DNA from: a virus
Taxonomy: Duplodnaviria; Heunggongvirae; Uroviricota; Caudoviricetes
IMG/VR virus record: IMGVR_UViG_2925914267_000002
Strand: one strand, 5' to 3'
DNA length: 28,749 nt
The notes below the pieces were generated by a model. The model was not told the origin of the DNA and made no database searches. It was given only the letters and a program-made list of their open reading frames with translations. A program made the translations under genes and the position numbers. This document shows, in pieces, positions 1 through 8,478 of the stretch (its first letter is position 1; each line of letters begins with the position of its first letter).

Positions 1-19
1 CTATTTGATAAATATTAAA

Positions 20-1315
20 TTAATTTTTTATTGCTTCGTTATGGGGCATGGTTGGGGCAAACTCGCTTAACTGTGTATTTAACAAAGCTACCTGTGCATT
101 ATTGTTTTCAGACATCCATTTTCCGTATACCTGAAATACCATTTGCGCATCTGCATGGCCCATCTGGTTTGCTATAAATGCCGGGTTAGCACCAGCTGTC
201 AGCGACCAGCAGGCATAAGTATGTCTCGACTGATATGATTTTCGATGGCGGAGTCCGGCACGTTTTATCGCTGCGTCCCACATCTGCCTTATTGAGTCAA
301 CGGTAAAATGGTCACCATAATTTTTTACTCTCGCTGACACTTCAGGTTGAAAAACAAAGGTGCATTTTTGTTTTTCTGTTCTGCCATACTCTCTGAGGTG
401 AACATCAATGATATGCTCTTTACTCAGTCTCGTTAATGTCATCTGACTCCGGAGAGCGTCGATTGCTGGCTTAATAAGATGAATGACCCGATTGGTTCCC
501 GCCTGTGTTTTTGGTACCGTGAAACGGTCTTTTGCTAAATTTCTCCTGATCATCATTGTTCCATTTTTCAGATCTATGTCCTCCCATCCAAGTGCACACA
601 GCTCACCAGGGCGAACGCCAGTATAAACAGAAACACACCATAAATTTTTTGCTTGCTGATTTCTGCACGCATCGATAAGACGGATAAATTCCTCCCGCGA
701 AAGAGGATCCGGAATGGTTCTTGATTCCTTTAATGGCGAGATCCCCTTAAACGGATTATCTGCCAGGTAACCGTTATCAACACCAAACTGGAACACGGCG
801 TTAAGATTTGTCATGTAATTATTTACAGTTACAGCCGATCTCCCTGGTTGTGTAACAATATAGTTGCTTTTGGGGATCTGGTATCCAGTCAGTAGCTCTT
901 TACGAACCTCCAGTAATTTTTCTTTATTAATCGATGAGGCAAGATTTTTTTCACCGATTATGCTCAGGATATTTTTGATGACGGCACGGTATGTGTTGAG
1001 TGATGTTTTGGCGACTTCATTTTCTTTCAGTGCCAGAAATTTTTCAGCCAGTTCTTTTATGGTTAAATCTTGTCGGGCCTCACCAAATTTTTCCAGATTG
1101 CGTGAGGAGGGAAACTGTTTTGCATAGTCGAAAACACCAGTTTTTATTGCGTAACAAACAGAGGAGCGTAGTTCACCTGCAACGCGCCTGTTTTTTGCTG
1201 TGTCAGGAACCCCCAGATTTTCCCTGACTCTTACGCCTTTATAAACAAACCAGATACGTAATTTCCCTCCATGGTTTTCCACGCCTGTCGGATATTTCAT
1301 TTCAACTTCTCTCAT
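20..1315 (-). CDS. Tyrosine-type phage integrase
   Basis: 431-aa ORF with C-terminal catalytic signature (RHRKSYQSRHTYA, GHADAQMVFQVYGKW). Transcribed toward the window edge and followed by an excisionase-like ORF, the usual int-xis layout at a prophage end. Position corresponds to intQ of K-12 Qin (from memory). Confidence 0.9.
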   Translation of the reverse strand: MREVEMKYPTGVENHGGKLRIWFVYKGVRVRENLGVPDTAKNRRVAGELRSSVCYAIKTGVFDYAKQFPSSRNLEKFGEARQDLTIKELAEKFLALKENEVAKTSLNTYRAVIKNILSIIGEKNLASSINKEKLLEVRKELLTGYQIPKSNYIVTQPGRSAVTVNNYMTNLNAVFQFGVDNGYLADNPFKGISPLKESRTIPDPLSREEFIRLIDACRNQQAKNLWCVSVYTGVRPGELCALGWEDIDLKNGTMMIRRNLAKDRFTVPKTQAGTNRVIHLIKPAIDALRSQMTLTRLSKEHIIDVHLREYGRTEKQKCTFVFQPEVSARVKNYGDHFTVDSIRQMWDAAIKRAGLRHRKSYQSRHTYACWSLTAGANPAFIANQMGHADAQMVFQVYGKWMSENNNAQVALLNTQLSEFAPTMPHNEAIKN

Positions 1316-1334
1316 TAGTTAGTGTGGCTTTTAG

Positions 1335-1586
1335 TCAAGTAAGATGACGTCTTGGTCTCGCTGATGCCTGGCGCTCAATCCAGCGATCAATTTCTTCCAG
1401 GTTGTAAAAGCATGGACTGTTATCCCATGGCATACCGTCATGAGCGACATGCTTATATTCCCTTCCTTCCATAAACGATTTTTCCCGGGCCTTTTTTAAC
1501 GTACCTTTTTTTATTCCTTTCAGCGCAATTAACTGCTCTTCGGATACCCATTTGCCGGGAGAGACAATCATGATTACTTCGCTCAT
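1335..1586 (-). CDS. Excisionase-like small protein
   Basis: 83-aa basic ORF immediately upstream of int on the same strand; position and size fit a xis-like directionality factor. Family not verified. Confidence 0.55.
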   Translation of the reverse strand: MSEVIMIVSPGKWVSEEQLIALKGIKKGTLKKAREKSFMEGREYKHVAHDGMPWDNSPCFYNLEEIDRWIERQASARPRRHLT

Positions 1587-1658
1587 CGATTTCTTTATCT
1601 CTTACATCAGACGAGCGCCGGTTGCAGAATACCAGTCACAACCGGCGACAGTTGAACA

Positions 1659-4130
1659 TTAAGAATCAGCCTGACTCGGGATCAGTTTTTGCCAGATAAC
1701 TGAAACGTATTTTGCCTGGTAACGGGCGTCATCAAGTGCATTATGGCGCTCACCTTCGAATGGAATAGCCGTTCTGGCATCGAAGTCTATGGCTTTCCCC
1801 AGCTCAACGATTGTGCGTACATCGCGATCGTTGTAGTAACGCCACGGGCAGGGGATCCCCTGCCGTTCGTATGAACGGCGCAAAATCGTGTTGTCGAAGT
1901 TGGCTCCATTTCCCCAAACCTGAACAAAAAATTCACCGGAGTTTTCGTCGATAAATTCCCGCAATTGTAACAGTGCATCATCTAACGGGATTTCATCGGT
2001 CATAATGGCAGATTGCGCTTCGCGTGATTGCTTAAGCCACCATTTAATGGTGTCCCGATCAATGACTCCGCCAGCAGTTTCCAGATCGATAGTCTTACTA
2101 AATTCCGGTCCCATATCTCCGGTTTGCGGATCGAAAAATATTGCACCTATTGAGATGATCGGGGCATCAGGATTTTTTCCCATGGTTTCAAGGTCGATCA
2201 TTAGATGGTCACACGTCCTGCTGGTGGATGTGATTTCATGATGACCGTTCACCTTAATTGAGTGATCTGCCGTCTCGCCAGTTTCATTATCGCTATTGTG
2301 ATGCTGATTGCCGCCAGTGTTCTCCTTGTGTGGATGTTCAGCGCCTTCCATTTCCTCCGGATCATCTTCCTGAACTTCAACCTGATACTCTTCATCGAAT
2401 GTTTCCTGGTATGTTGCGTCGCCCATCACCGCGCCACAATCAGGGCAGTTGCCGCCGCCGGTCTGACCGCAGGCGGTGCAGACTTTTTCCACTTCCTGTT
2501 GCGCCACTGGTTCAGGCTGTTTCGTTTCTGGCTCGTTTTGTAACGCATTTGGGCTGTTTTGTTCCGCTTTTTGGTAGTTCCGTTCCGATTCATGCTGGTT
2601 CTGGTTCACAGAATCGCGGGTCTGGATCCCCTTAACCCATTTCGGATCATTCGGGTCACTAATCCCTTCAACAAATTCACCACGTGATGCAGCAAGCAAC
2701 TTATCGGCGTCAGGCTGGCTGATATTGGCTGCCTGCATAATTTTGTTTACTTCGTCAGCGGTAACTTTTATCGGTTCTGGTTGTTCTGAATCTTCAGCGG
2801 TATCTACATTTTGCGGTAAGCCCGTGTATGTGCCATTTTTTCGGGCAAAATATTCTTCTTTTGTGATTTCAGTGGCGCCAGCAGCCAGTGCCTTATCCAG
2901 ACCAGAAAGTTTGTTTGCGCGACCGTATTTTTCTCCGTCCTTATCTGCGAAGAGGAAATAGAACGGCCCCTCACGCTCTACAGATGGTTCAGCTTCCGGC
3001 GCGGTTTCATTTTTTGGGATATCAGATACCTCAGTTTCCACTGCATCAGTTTGTGTTTCTGATGACTGGAGAACATCAACAGTGCCCAGGTCTGTTTCTT
3101 CATTCTCAAACACGCCCTTTGTCGTCAGGTATTCGCAGATATATTTGTTCAGTGCTACGGGATCTTTGTGAATGTCGATCGGACGCTCACGGACAAGGCC
3201 AAAAATAGTTTGGCGGTCGTAGCGAAGGGCATCAGGCTGTTTGCGCATTGATGCCGAGATACGCTTCCAGTCTTCGCGGTCGTTGTCGATAACTTCTTTT
3301 TTTGCCCAGCGATGGATGCTGCCGTCAATGTTTCCGGCATCCACATCACCAGGCCAGAGAGCGTAGGCCAGTTCGTCATCCAGTGTTTTCCATGTCTGCT
3401 TGTATTCGCGATGAATGGCAGCAATGACCGGGCTGATTTTTCCTGTTGAATTTTCAGTGTACTGTTGATTGGCTCTGGTGCGGGCGAGATCAACAACAGA
3501 CGTGTATTTTCCGGTTTCCTTGCGTTCACCTTCGCGACGTTTTTTCCAGATGCGCATCTCTGCCTGAATTTCGGGCCATTTAGCACCAGGAATACATTTA
3601 TGCTTAACCCACCCAATGGCGTGCAACTTAAGCTCCGGAAACATGGCGTTAACTTCTGGCATTTTCATCAACGCTTCAACGATATGTCCGTCGAATGTTG
3701 CCATGTCTTCCTGCAACAATTCCTGTGCGCTAATAACCATATCAACGGTGATGTTTTCACATGTGTCGAACTTAACCATGACAGCGTTCTGTACTTCAGG
3801 GGCCAGCTTGTCAAAAGTGACGTTCATCGGATCGGATTTAGTCTCAACCGGGACAAAAGAAGCAGACTCCTCATCCCAGCGGTTTTCCTGCATATATTCA
3901 GCATCCCATGAATCGAGGGCAGGGCGGGGTATGCCAGGTTTATCCTCGCAGACAATAAATTTATAAGCGCAGTCCTGAGCAGCCGGATAATGTTCCAGGA
4001 ACTGCCAGTGAAATTTTGCTCGAGCACGGCGTTCGTCGCCAGCTTCAATGGCTGTGGCTACAGCCACAGCGCCTTCTTCCCTTGTTGCCAGTTCGTCAGG
4101 AATAGCGGCGCAAATAAAGACTTTACTCAT
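1659..4130 (-). CDS. Large prophage exonuclease with C-terminal DEDDh 3'-5' exonuclease domain (often annotated exodeoxyribonuclease VIII-like)
   Basis: 823-aa ORF. C-terminal motifs HLMIDLETMG (Exo I D-x-E), WGNGANFD (Exo II) and HNALDDARY (Exo III H-x4-D). Central acidic low-complexity linker containing a CxxC-x13-CxxC zinc-ribbon-like motif (CTACGQTGGGNCPDCG). Confidence 0.7.
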   Translation of the reverse strand: MSKVFICAAIPDELATREEGAVAVATAIEAGDERRARAKFHWQFLEHYPAAQDCAYKFIVCEDKPGIPRPALDSWDAEYMQENRWDEESASFVPVETKSDPMNVTFDKLAPEVQNAVMVKFDTCENITVDMVISAQELLQEDMATFDGHIVEALMKMPEVNAMFPELKLHAIGWVKHKCIPGAKWPEIQAEMRIWKKRREGERKETGKYTSVVDLARTRANQQYTENSTGKISPVIAAIHREYKQTWKTLDDELAYALWPGDVDAGNIDGSIHRWAKKEVIDNDREDWKRISASMRKQPDALRYDRQTIFGLVRERPIDIHKDPVALNKYICEYLTTKGVFENEETDLGTVDVLQSSETQTDAVETEVSDIPKNETAPEAEPSVEREGPFYFLFADKDGEKYGRANKLSGLDKALAAGATEITKEEYFARKNGTYTGLPQNVDTAEDSEQPEPIKVTADEVNKIMQAANISQPDADKLLAASRGEFVEGISDPNDPKWVKGIQTRDSVNQNQHESERNYQKAEQNSPNALQNEPETKQPEPVAQQEVEKVCTACGQTGGGNCPDCGAVMGDATYQETFDEEYQVEVQEDDPEEMEGAEHPHKENTGGNQHHNSDNETGETADHSIKVNGHHEITSTSRTCDHLMIDLETMGKNPDAPIISIGAIFFDPQTGDMGPEFSKTIDLETAGGVIDRDTIKWWLKQSREAQSAIMTDEIPLDDALLQLREFIDENSGEFFVQVWGNGANFDNTILRRSYERQGIPCPWRYYNDRDVRTIVELGKAIDFDARTAIPFEGERHNALDDARYQAKYVSVIWQKLIPSQADS

Positions 4131-4223
4131 TTTGTTTTAACCTCATGACAGATTTAAGGATGAACAAATCCCTGCCATTGCTGGCATATAAGAATGAAAC
4201 CGGATATTTATTACGGAACTGTT

Positions 4224-4415
4224 TTAAAGACCTGCCGGGATTTCGATATTATCCTGGTGAATAACTTTATCGACCGGGTAACAGTTACCGGGAATTTTCT
4301 GTTCGGTTGCTGCAGTCATACACTCCTGCATTGTCTTGTGAACACTGACTGCAATATCAACTGGCTCTCCGGAAACAAGAAAAACTGTCAGAACAAGCGC
4401 AAATGCTGAATTCAT
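4224..4415 (-). CDS. ydfD: YdfD-like small protein (start at internal Met of the 81-aa track ORF)
   Basis: 63-aa product MNSAFALVLTVFLVSGEP... with hydrophobic N-terminus; start overlaps the dicB stop (operon coupling). Resembles K-12 Qin YdfD as I recall it. Confidence 0.6.
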   Translation of the reverse strand: MNSAFALVLTVFLVSGEPVDIAVSVHKTMQECMTAATEQKIPGNCYPVDKVIHQDNIEIPAGL

Positions 4416-4580
4416 TGTGCACATCCTTTTGGCATCAGACGTAAACGAGCCAGCATTGAAACAATGCATATTTTATTTAATAGCTCCCGTTCTTGTTTTC
4501 TCTTGTTAATGGCATCTTCAGTAAATACAGGGTTACTGATAGTGACACCAATTTCAAAACAACCTTCAGACGTATTAACG
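4412..4580 (-). pseudogene. dicB: dicB cell-division inhibitor, codons 8 to end, separated from its start by the IS600-like insertion
   Basis: Track ORF 4412-4606 reads MSVKLRLPH-VNTSEGCFEIGVTISNPVFTEDAINKRKQERELLNKICIVSMLARLRLMPKGCAQ. From VNTSEGC onward this matches DicB; the first 9 residues are encoded by the IS left end (IS starts at 4581). Confidence 0.75.
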
Positions 4581-4644
4581 TGAGGTAGCCTGAGTTTAAC
4601 GGACACTCCTTCCTGAAATAGAATGGCATCAGAAGGAGCTAATA

Positions 4645-4947
4645 ATGAGCAGAAAAACCCAACGTTACTCTAAAGAGTTCAAAGCCGAAGCTGTCAGAAC
4701 GGTTCTTGAAAATCAACTTTCGATCAGTGAAGGCGCTTCCCGATTATCTCTTCCTGAAGGCACTTTAGGGCAATGGGTTACCGCCGCCAGAAAAGGGCTC
4801 GGTACTCCTGGTTCCCGCACGGTGGCTGAACTGGAATCTGAAATTCTGCAACTGCGTAAGGCGTTAAATGAAGCTCGCCTTGAGCGAGATATATTAAAAA
4901 AAGCAACAGCGTATTTTGCACAGGAGTCGCTGAAAAATACGCGTTAA
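4645..4947 (+). CDS. IS3-family transposase OrfA (HTH)
   Basis: 100-aa ORF MSRKTQRYSKEFKAEAVRTV... with a leucine-zipper-like C-terminus typical of IS3-family OrfA. Confidence 0.9.
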   Translation: MSRKTQRYSKEFKAEAVRTVLENQLSISEGASRLSLPEGTLGQWVTAARKGLGTPGSRTVAELESEILQLRKALNEARLERDILKKATAYFAQESLKNTR

Positions 4948-4982
4948 TCGAACAATGGCGACAACAATTTCCCATTGAAGCG

Positions 4983-5801
4983 ATGTGTCAGGTATTTGGT
5001 GTATCCAGGAGCGGTTATTACAACTGGGTACAGCATGAACCCTCAGACAGAAAACAAAGTGATGAGCGGCTAAAACTGGAGATTAAGGTGGCACATATCC
5101 GCACTCGCGAAACATATGGAACCCGGCGGCTCCAGACGGAGCTGGCAGAGAATGGCATCATCGTTGGTCGTGACCGACTGGCACGTCTTCGTAAGGAGCT
5201 AAGGCTACGCTGTAAGCAGAAACGCAAGTTCAGAGCGACTACGAACTCGAACCACAATCTGCCAGTTGCGCCAAATCTGCTGAACCAGACGTTCGCTCCT
5301 ACAGCACCAAATCAGGTCTGGGTGGCGGACCTGACGTATGTTGCCACACAGGAGGGATGGTTGTACCTCGCTGGCATCAAAGATGTTTATACGTGCGAAA
5401 TTGTCGGCTACGCCATGGGAGAGCGCATGACAAAAGAGCTGACAGGTAAAGCCCTGTTTATGGCGCTCAGGAGCCAGCGCCCACCTGCCGGGCTAATCCA
5501 CCACTCTGATCGAGGTTCACAGTACTGCGCATACGATTACCGGGTCATACAGGAGCAGTTTGGTCTGAAAACATCAATGTCGCGTAAAGGTAACTGTTAC
5601 GACAACGCTCCGATGGAAAGCTTCTGGGGAACGCTGAAAAATGAGAGCCTGAGCCACTATCGTTTTAATAACCGGGATGAAGCCATCTCAGTAATACGGG
5701 AATACATTGAGATTTTCTACAATCGTCAGCGTCGTCACTCTCGTCTGGGGAATATCTCCCCGGCAGCCTTCAGGGAAAAATATCATCAGATAGCTGCTTA
5801 A
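4983..5801 (+). CDS. IS3-family transposase OrfB (DDE catalytic domain), probably expressed as an OrfAB fusion by -1 frameshift
   Basis: 272 aa from the first Met, in the -1 frame relative to orfA. Contains DDE-type integrase-core motifs (WVADLTY, HSDRGSQY, YDNAPMESFW). Confidence 0.9.
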   Translation: MCQVFGVSRSGYYNWVQHEPSDRKQSDERLKLEIKVAHIRTRETYGTRRLQTELAENGIIVGRDRLARLRKELRLRCKQKRKFRATTNSNHNLPVAPNLLNQTFAPTAPNQVWVADLTYVATQEGWLYLAGIKDVYTCEIVGYAMGERMTKELTGKALFMALRSQRPPAGLIHHSDRGSQYCAYDYRVIQEQFGLKTSMSRKGNCYDNAPMESFWGTLKNESLSHYRFNNRDEAISVIREYIEIFYNRQRRHSRLGNISPAAFREKYHQIAA

Positions 5802-5844
5802 AAAAAGAACAAATGGTAGTGTCCGCTATTGCCAGTACACCTCA

Positions 5845-5867
5845 ACGTTTGGTAATAACGTTTTCAT
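5845..5867 (-). pseudogene. dicB: dicB N-terminal fragment (start codon and first 7 codons), detached by the IS600-like insertion
   Basis: Reverse complement of 5845-5867 reads ATG AAA ACG TTA TTA CCA AAC GT = MKTLLPN(V). Removing the IS and one ACG repeat rejoins it in frame with VNTSEGC at 4580. Confidence 0.75.
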
Positions 5868-6036
5868 TATGGCGTCCTCAACAATGAATTTTGTGATGCA
5901 GTGCCTGGTGCCTCCAGGTGACGTTAACCAGTTAACAATTAACGCCGGATACAGAGAATCCACCCATAACACTGTTTTTGGTTTTAACTGTTCCGCGTGC
6001 GCTTAGCCGCATTCACCGCATCACAAAATTCACTTT

Positions 6037-6094
6037 AAAAACGGCGGCAGAGCAGTCACGGAGTAAAACTGATACCGCCAAACGTCACCAGAAA
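6037..6094 (-). ncRNA. dicF: DicF small regulatory RNA, with terminator U-tract
   Basis: Minus-strand sequence TTTCTGGTGACGTTTGGCGGTATCAGTTTTACTCCGTGACTGCTCTGCCGCCGTTTTT matches the DicF sRNA as I recall it. Lies between the ydfA-like genes and dicB as in K-12 Qin; 3' GC-rich stem plus U-run. Confidence 0.75.
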
Positions 6095-6369
6095 ATTGAT
6101 AACAGAGGGCGTTGCAGCGGGGTTGTCACTTAAGCGTATGGTCAACCTGACAACTCGGTGTCCTCAACGGGGAAGGAATAACCCCGCCATACTTACCGCC
6201 GCGCCATTTCGCGGGTTGCCACAACCGGAAGCGCACGGTCGAATTAAATTTAACGACACCGTACAGTGAGACGAACTTCGCCGTGCGCTTTCGTGTTGTG
6301 TGCCTGCTTTTAACCACGTCAGGCGAGGTGGTATCCTTCTTATCCCGAATAACCAAGAAGGAAATCTAT

Positions 6370-6570
6370 ATGACTAAAGAAGAATTTGTCTCTTATATTT
6401 TTGATAAAACGGTTGAAATGTATGCCGCTACTTACGGGTCCTGTAATCCTCTGAATAAACCAGAGGGGAAAGATGATTTCGACAAAATTTACCGCTTCTT
6501 GGAGGACCGCTATATCAAAAGGTTAGAGGACGCAGGGATCAAATCCCCAGTGAAGTCACCATTGTCCTGA
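6370..6570 (+). CDS. Hypothetical small protein (67 aa from internal Met of track ORF 6283-6570)
   Basis: ATG at 6370 preceded by AAGGA; product MTKEEFVSYIFDKTVEMYAATYG... Lies on the strand opposite the dicB operon and overlaps the 3' end of the 6539-6916 ORF, so it is uncertain. Confidence 0.3.
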   Translation: MTKEEFVSYIFDKTVEMYAATYGSCNPLNKPEGKDDFDKIYRFLEDRYIKRLEDAGIKSPVKSPLS

Positions 6571-6916
6571 GAACTTGCAGGACGTCATGATCGTAACTTC
6601 CATCCAAACCGCGACGGCAAATTGCTTCTCGTATTACCGGAAGCAGTTCGCTGGAAATCTCGGTGCATATTTCACCTGCTAATACGCCTGGCTCAAGTGA
6701 GAATATTGGTGAACTTACGGTCTTGGTCTCGACAGTTTCAGAGTCAGTGCCAACATTATAAAGCTCAACGAAAGCGGTCTTGATTTTCCGGGCCAGATCT
6801 TTTGCTGGCTCGCTTGCAATATCTTTCCCGATTTCTCGCAGCACAGAATGCAATGTATGAGCTGCTGTTTTCTGTACATCAGACGGTAAATCTTTAAATT
6901 CCATCGTCAGCCTCAT
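6539..6916 (-). CDS. Hypothetical protein in the dicB-operon leader region (YdfB/YdfC-equivalent position)
   Basis: 125-aa ORF (possible start MEFKDLPSDVQ...) between the ydfA-like gene and dicF on the operon strand. Family not recognised with certainty. Confidence 0.45.
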   Translation of the reverse strand: MRLTMEFKDLPSDVQKTAAHTLHSVLREIGKDIASEPAKDLARKIKTAFVELYNVGTDSETVETKTVSSPIFSLEPGVLAGEICTEISSELLPVIREAICRRGLDGSYDHDVLQVLRTMVTSLGI

Positions 6917-7068
6917 CAGTCAGTGTTTCTGGCTAACCAGCAACGCGCGCCAGATTCGGTTTTAAACGTTTTGCTTTTGGTATATGTCATCGCGGTGAAC
7001 GTACCGTCCTGGTTGGGGAACACGCCACATACCAGAGATTCGCTGTTGCCAAGATCGATAGTATCCAT
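6916..7068 (-). CDS. ydfA: YdfA-like small protein (first gene of the dicB operon)
   Basis: 50-aa product MDTIDLGNSESLVCGVFPNQDGTFTAMTYTKSKTFKTESGARCWLARNTD from the internal Met of track ORF 6916-7224; resembles K-12 YdfA as I recall it. Confidence 0.55.
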   Translation of the reverse strand: MDTIDLGNSESLVCGVFPNQDGTFTAMTYTKSKTFKTESGARCWLARNTD

Positions 7069-7149
7069 GCTGACCTCATTTCCCCTTAACGCCGGGGTAG
7101 CGGAACTGTTTGCTGAGAACACCGTGCGGTGTGTTGATGGAGGTAATTT

Positions 7150-7196
7150 AGTTTTCTCATTATTTTTCGTCAAGGATTTTTGATGAGAAAACTCAA
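7150..7196. promoter_or_regulatory. Candidate operator in the promoter region of the dicB operon
   Basis: Perfect 11-bp inverted repeat AGTTTTCTCAT (7150-7160) / ATGAGAAAACT (7183-7193) with a 22-bp spacer. The 13-mer TGAGAAAACTCAA (7184-7196) recurs at 7720-7732 upstream of the dicC-like gene. Confidence 0.45.
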
Positions 7197-7260
7197 GTAT
7201 TGGCGCAAGATAAAGCCAATACATTGAAATGTAAGGCTTTAAAATTTTGTGAAGGGATGA

Positions 7261-7668
7261 TTATTGATGCTTGTTGCGTTTGCGAGCCTCTAATAGCTCG
7301 GTGAACAGGCGATTAAAATTCTCAACGCGGGCGCGGAGTTCGCTGAGTTGTGCTTGTTGCTCTGATTTAGGAAGTGCGCGATACAAACGCAGCATCTCTA
7401 ACTCATCTTCCGATAAGTCTAAGGCACTATCGAGTGAAACAGGGGGAGCTGGTGTTTTGTCCTCGTCGCCAAACAGTATCCAGGTTGGTGAACATTGCAA
7501 TACCTCGGCGAGGCGATGCAAATTTTGCCCGCGCGGGGCTGTATGGTCACTTTCCCATAATGAAATTGATGAGCCAGATACGCCAGCAGCTTTGCTTAAA
7601 CCGTTTTGACTTAAGCCTACCTGCTTACGTCTTTCTCTAATGCGTTGACCTAAAGTTTTCTCGTTCAT
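7261..7668 (-). CDS. dicA: DicA-like HTH (XRE-family) repressor, cI analogue
   Basis: 135-aa product from internal Met (MNEKTLGQRIRERRKQVGLSQ...). HTH motif and the stretch VLQCSPTWILFGDEDK match DicA as I recall it; divergent from a Cro/DicC-like gene. Confidence 0.85.
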   Translation of the reverse strand: MNEKTLGQRIRERRKQVGLSQNGLSKAAGVSGSSISLWESDHTAPRGQNLHRLAEVLQCSPTWILFGDEDKTPAPPVSLDSALDLSEDELEMLRLYRALPKSEQQAQLSELRARVENFNRLFTELLEARKRNKHQ

Positions 7669-7718
7669 ATTTAGATATCTTAATAACCCTTGACTTGAGA
7701 TTCCTTGAGTGATTAGCA

Positions 7719-7732
7719 TTGAGAAAACTCAA
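7719..7732. promoter_or_regulatory. Candidate operator between the dicA-like and dicC-like genes
   Basis: TTGAGAAAACTCAA (inverted ends TTGAG/CTCAA) 14 bp upstream of the dicC-like start; core 13-mer identical to 7184-7196. Additional TTGAG copies at 7695 and 7705. Confidence 0.4.
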
Positions 7733-7745
7733 TACTGGAGGTGCG

Positions 7746-7973
7746 ATGTTTAAATCAGACGTAATTAATTTTTACGGTACGAAAGCCAAAGTAGCGAAAG
7801 CTGCTGGCGTTGACCCATCTGCTGTTTCTCAATGGCAAGAGCTGGTTCCTGAAGGTCGCGCGATGCGTCTACAGGAGGCATCTGGCGGCGAGCTTCTGTA
7901 TGATCCCAAGGTTTATGACGAATATCGTAAGACGAAGCGGGCGGGGCGGTTGAACAATGAAAATCACTCCTGA
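7746..7973 (+). CDS. dicC: DicC/Cro-like small regulator
   Basis: 75-aa product from internal Met (MFKSDVINFYGTKAKVAKAAGVDPSAVSQWQ...); divergent from the dicA-like repressor; HTH-like N-terminus. Confidence 0.6.
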   Translation: MFKSDVINFYGTKAKVAKAAGVDPSAVSQWQELVPEGRAMRLQEASGGELLYDPKVYDEYRKTKRAGRLNNENHS

Positions 7974-8478
7974 ACAGGCTCGTGAGGCTCTGGATGCCTG
8001 GATATGTCGACCAGGAATGACACAGGAGCAGGCGACGATATTAATCACTGAAGCATTCTGGGCTTTGAAAGAGCGCCCGAACATCGATGTTCAGCGTGTC
8101 ACAGATGAAGGTGGCGCGGTTGATCAGCGAGCGCTTGGCGTTAATCGAGTGAAGATATTCGAACGCTGGAAGGCTATCGACACCAGGGATAAGCGTGAAA
8201 AGTTCACGGCGCTAGTGCCTGCAATTATGGAGGCTATCCGGATTAATGATTTCAGGTTGTATCGTGAAATTAGTGACGGAAAAAGCATCACGTACATGAT
8301 CGCCGGGTTAAACAAAGAATATGGCGATGTGGTGGAGTCCGGACTGCTTTTTGCTGATCCTGCCGTAGTGGATCGTGAAACTGACGAACTTATAGAAAAA
8401 GCAATTGCTTTCAAACTTGCGTATCGACAGCAATACCAACAAAAAGCTGGATGGAATTATGAGCCTTCTTTTTGCTGA
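7957..8478 (+). CDS. YdaT-like (CII-position) prophage protein
   Basis: 173-aa ORF overlapping the end of the cro-like gene, in the position occupied by ydaT/cII-like genes in lambdoid prophages. Family assignment is by position and general resemblance only. Confidence 0.5.
   Translation: MKITPEQAREALDAWICRPGMTQEQATILITEAFWALKERPNIDVQRVTDEGGAVDQRALGVNRVKIFERWKAIDTRDKREKFTALVPAIMEAIRINDFRLYREISDGKSITYMIAGLNKEYGDVVESGLLFADPAVVDRETDELIEKAIAFKLAYRQQYQQKAGWNYEPSFC

Larger units (their letters stand above)
4581..5844 (+). mobile_element. IS3-family insertion sequence, IS600-like, 1264 bp
   Basis: Ends TGAGGTAGCC...GTACACCTCA with imperfect terminal inverted repeats; overlapping orfA/orfB with an A7 slippery run (4896-4902); 3-bp direct repeats ACG at 4578-4580 and 5845-5847. 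The 1264-bp length matches IS600; identity is from memory. Confidence 0.85.

Noticed and set aside
2005-4048. Multiple 60-150-aa ORFs on both strands inside the exonuclease gene (e.g. 2258-2635, 3155-3616, 3465-3911)
   Set aside because: They lie entirely within, and antisense or out of frame to, a long well-supported coding region; no RBS or family signatures.
6126-6356. 76-aa minus-strand ORF overlapping the region just upstream of dicF
   Set aside because: Covers the non-coding DicF precursor region, has no RBS and a basic low-complexity composition; likely spurious.
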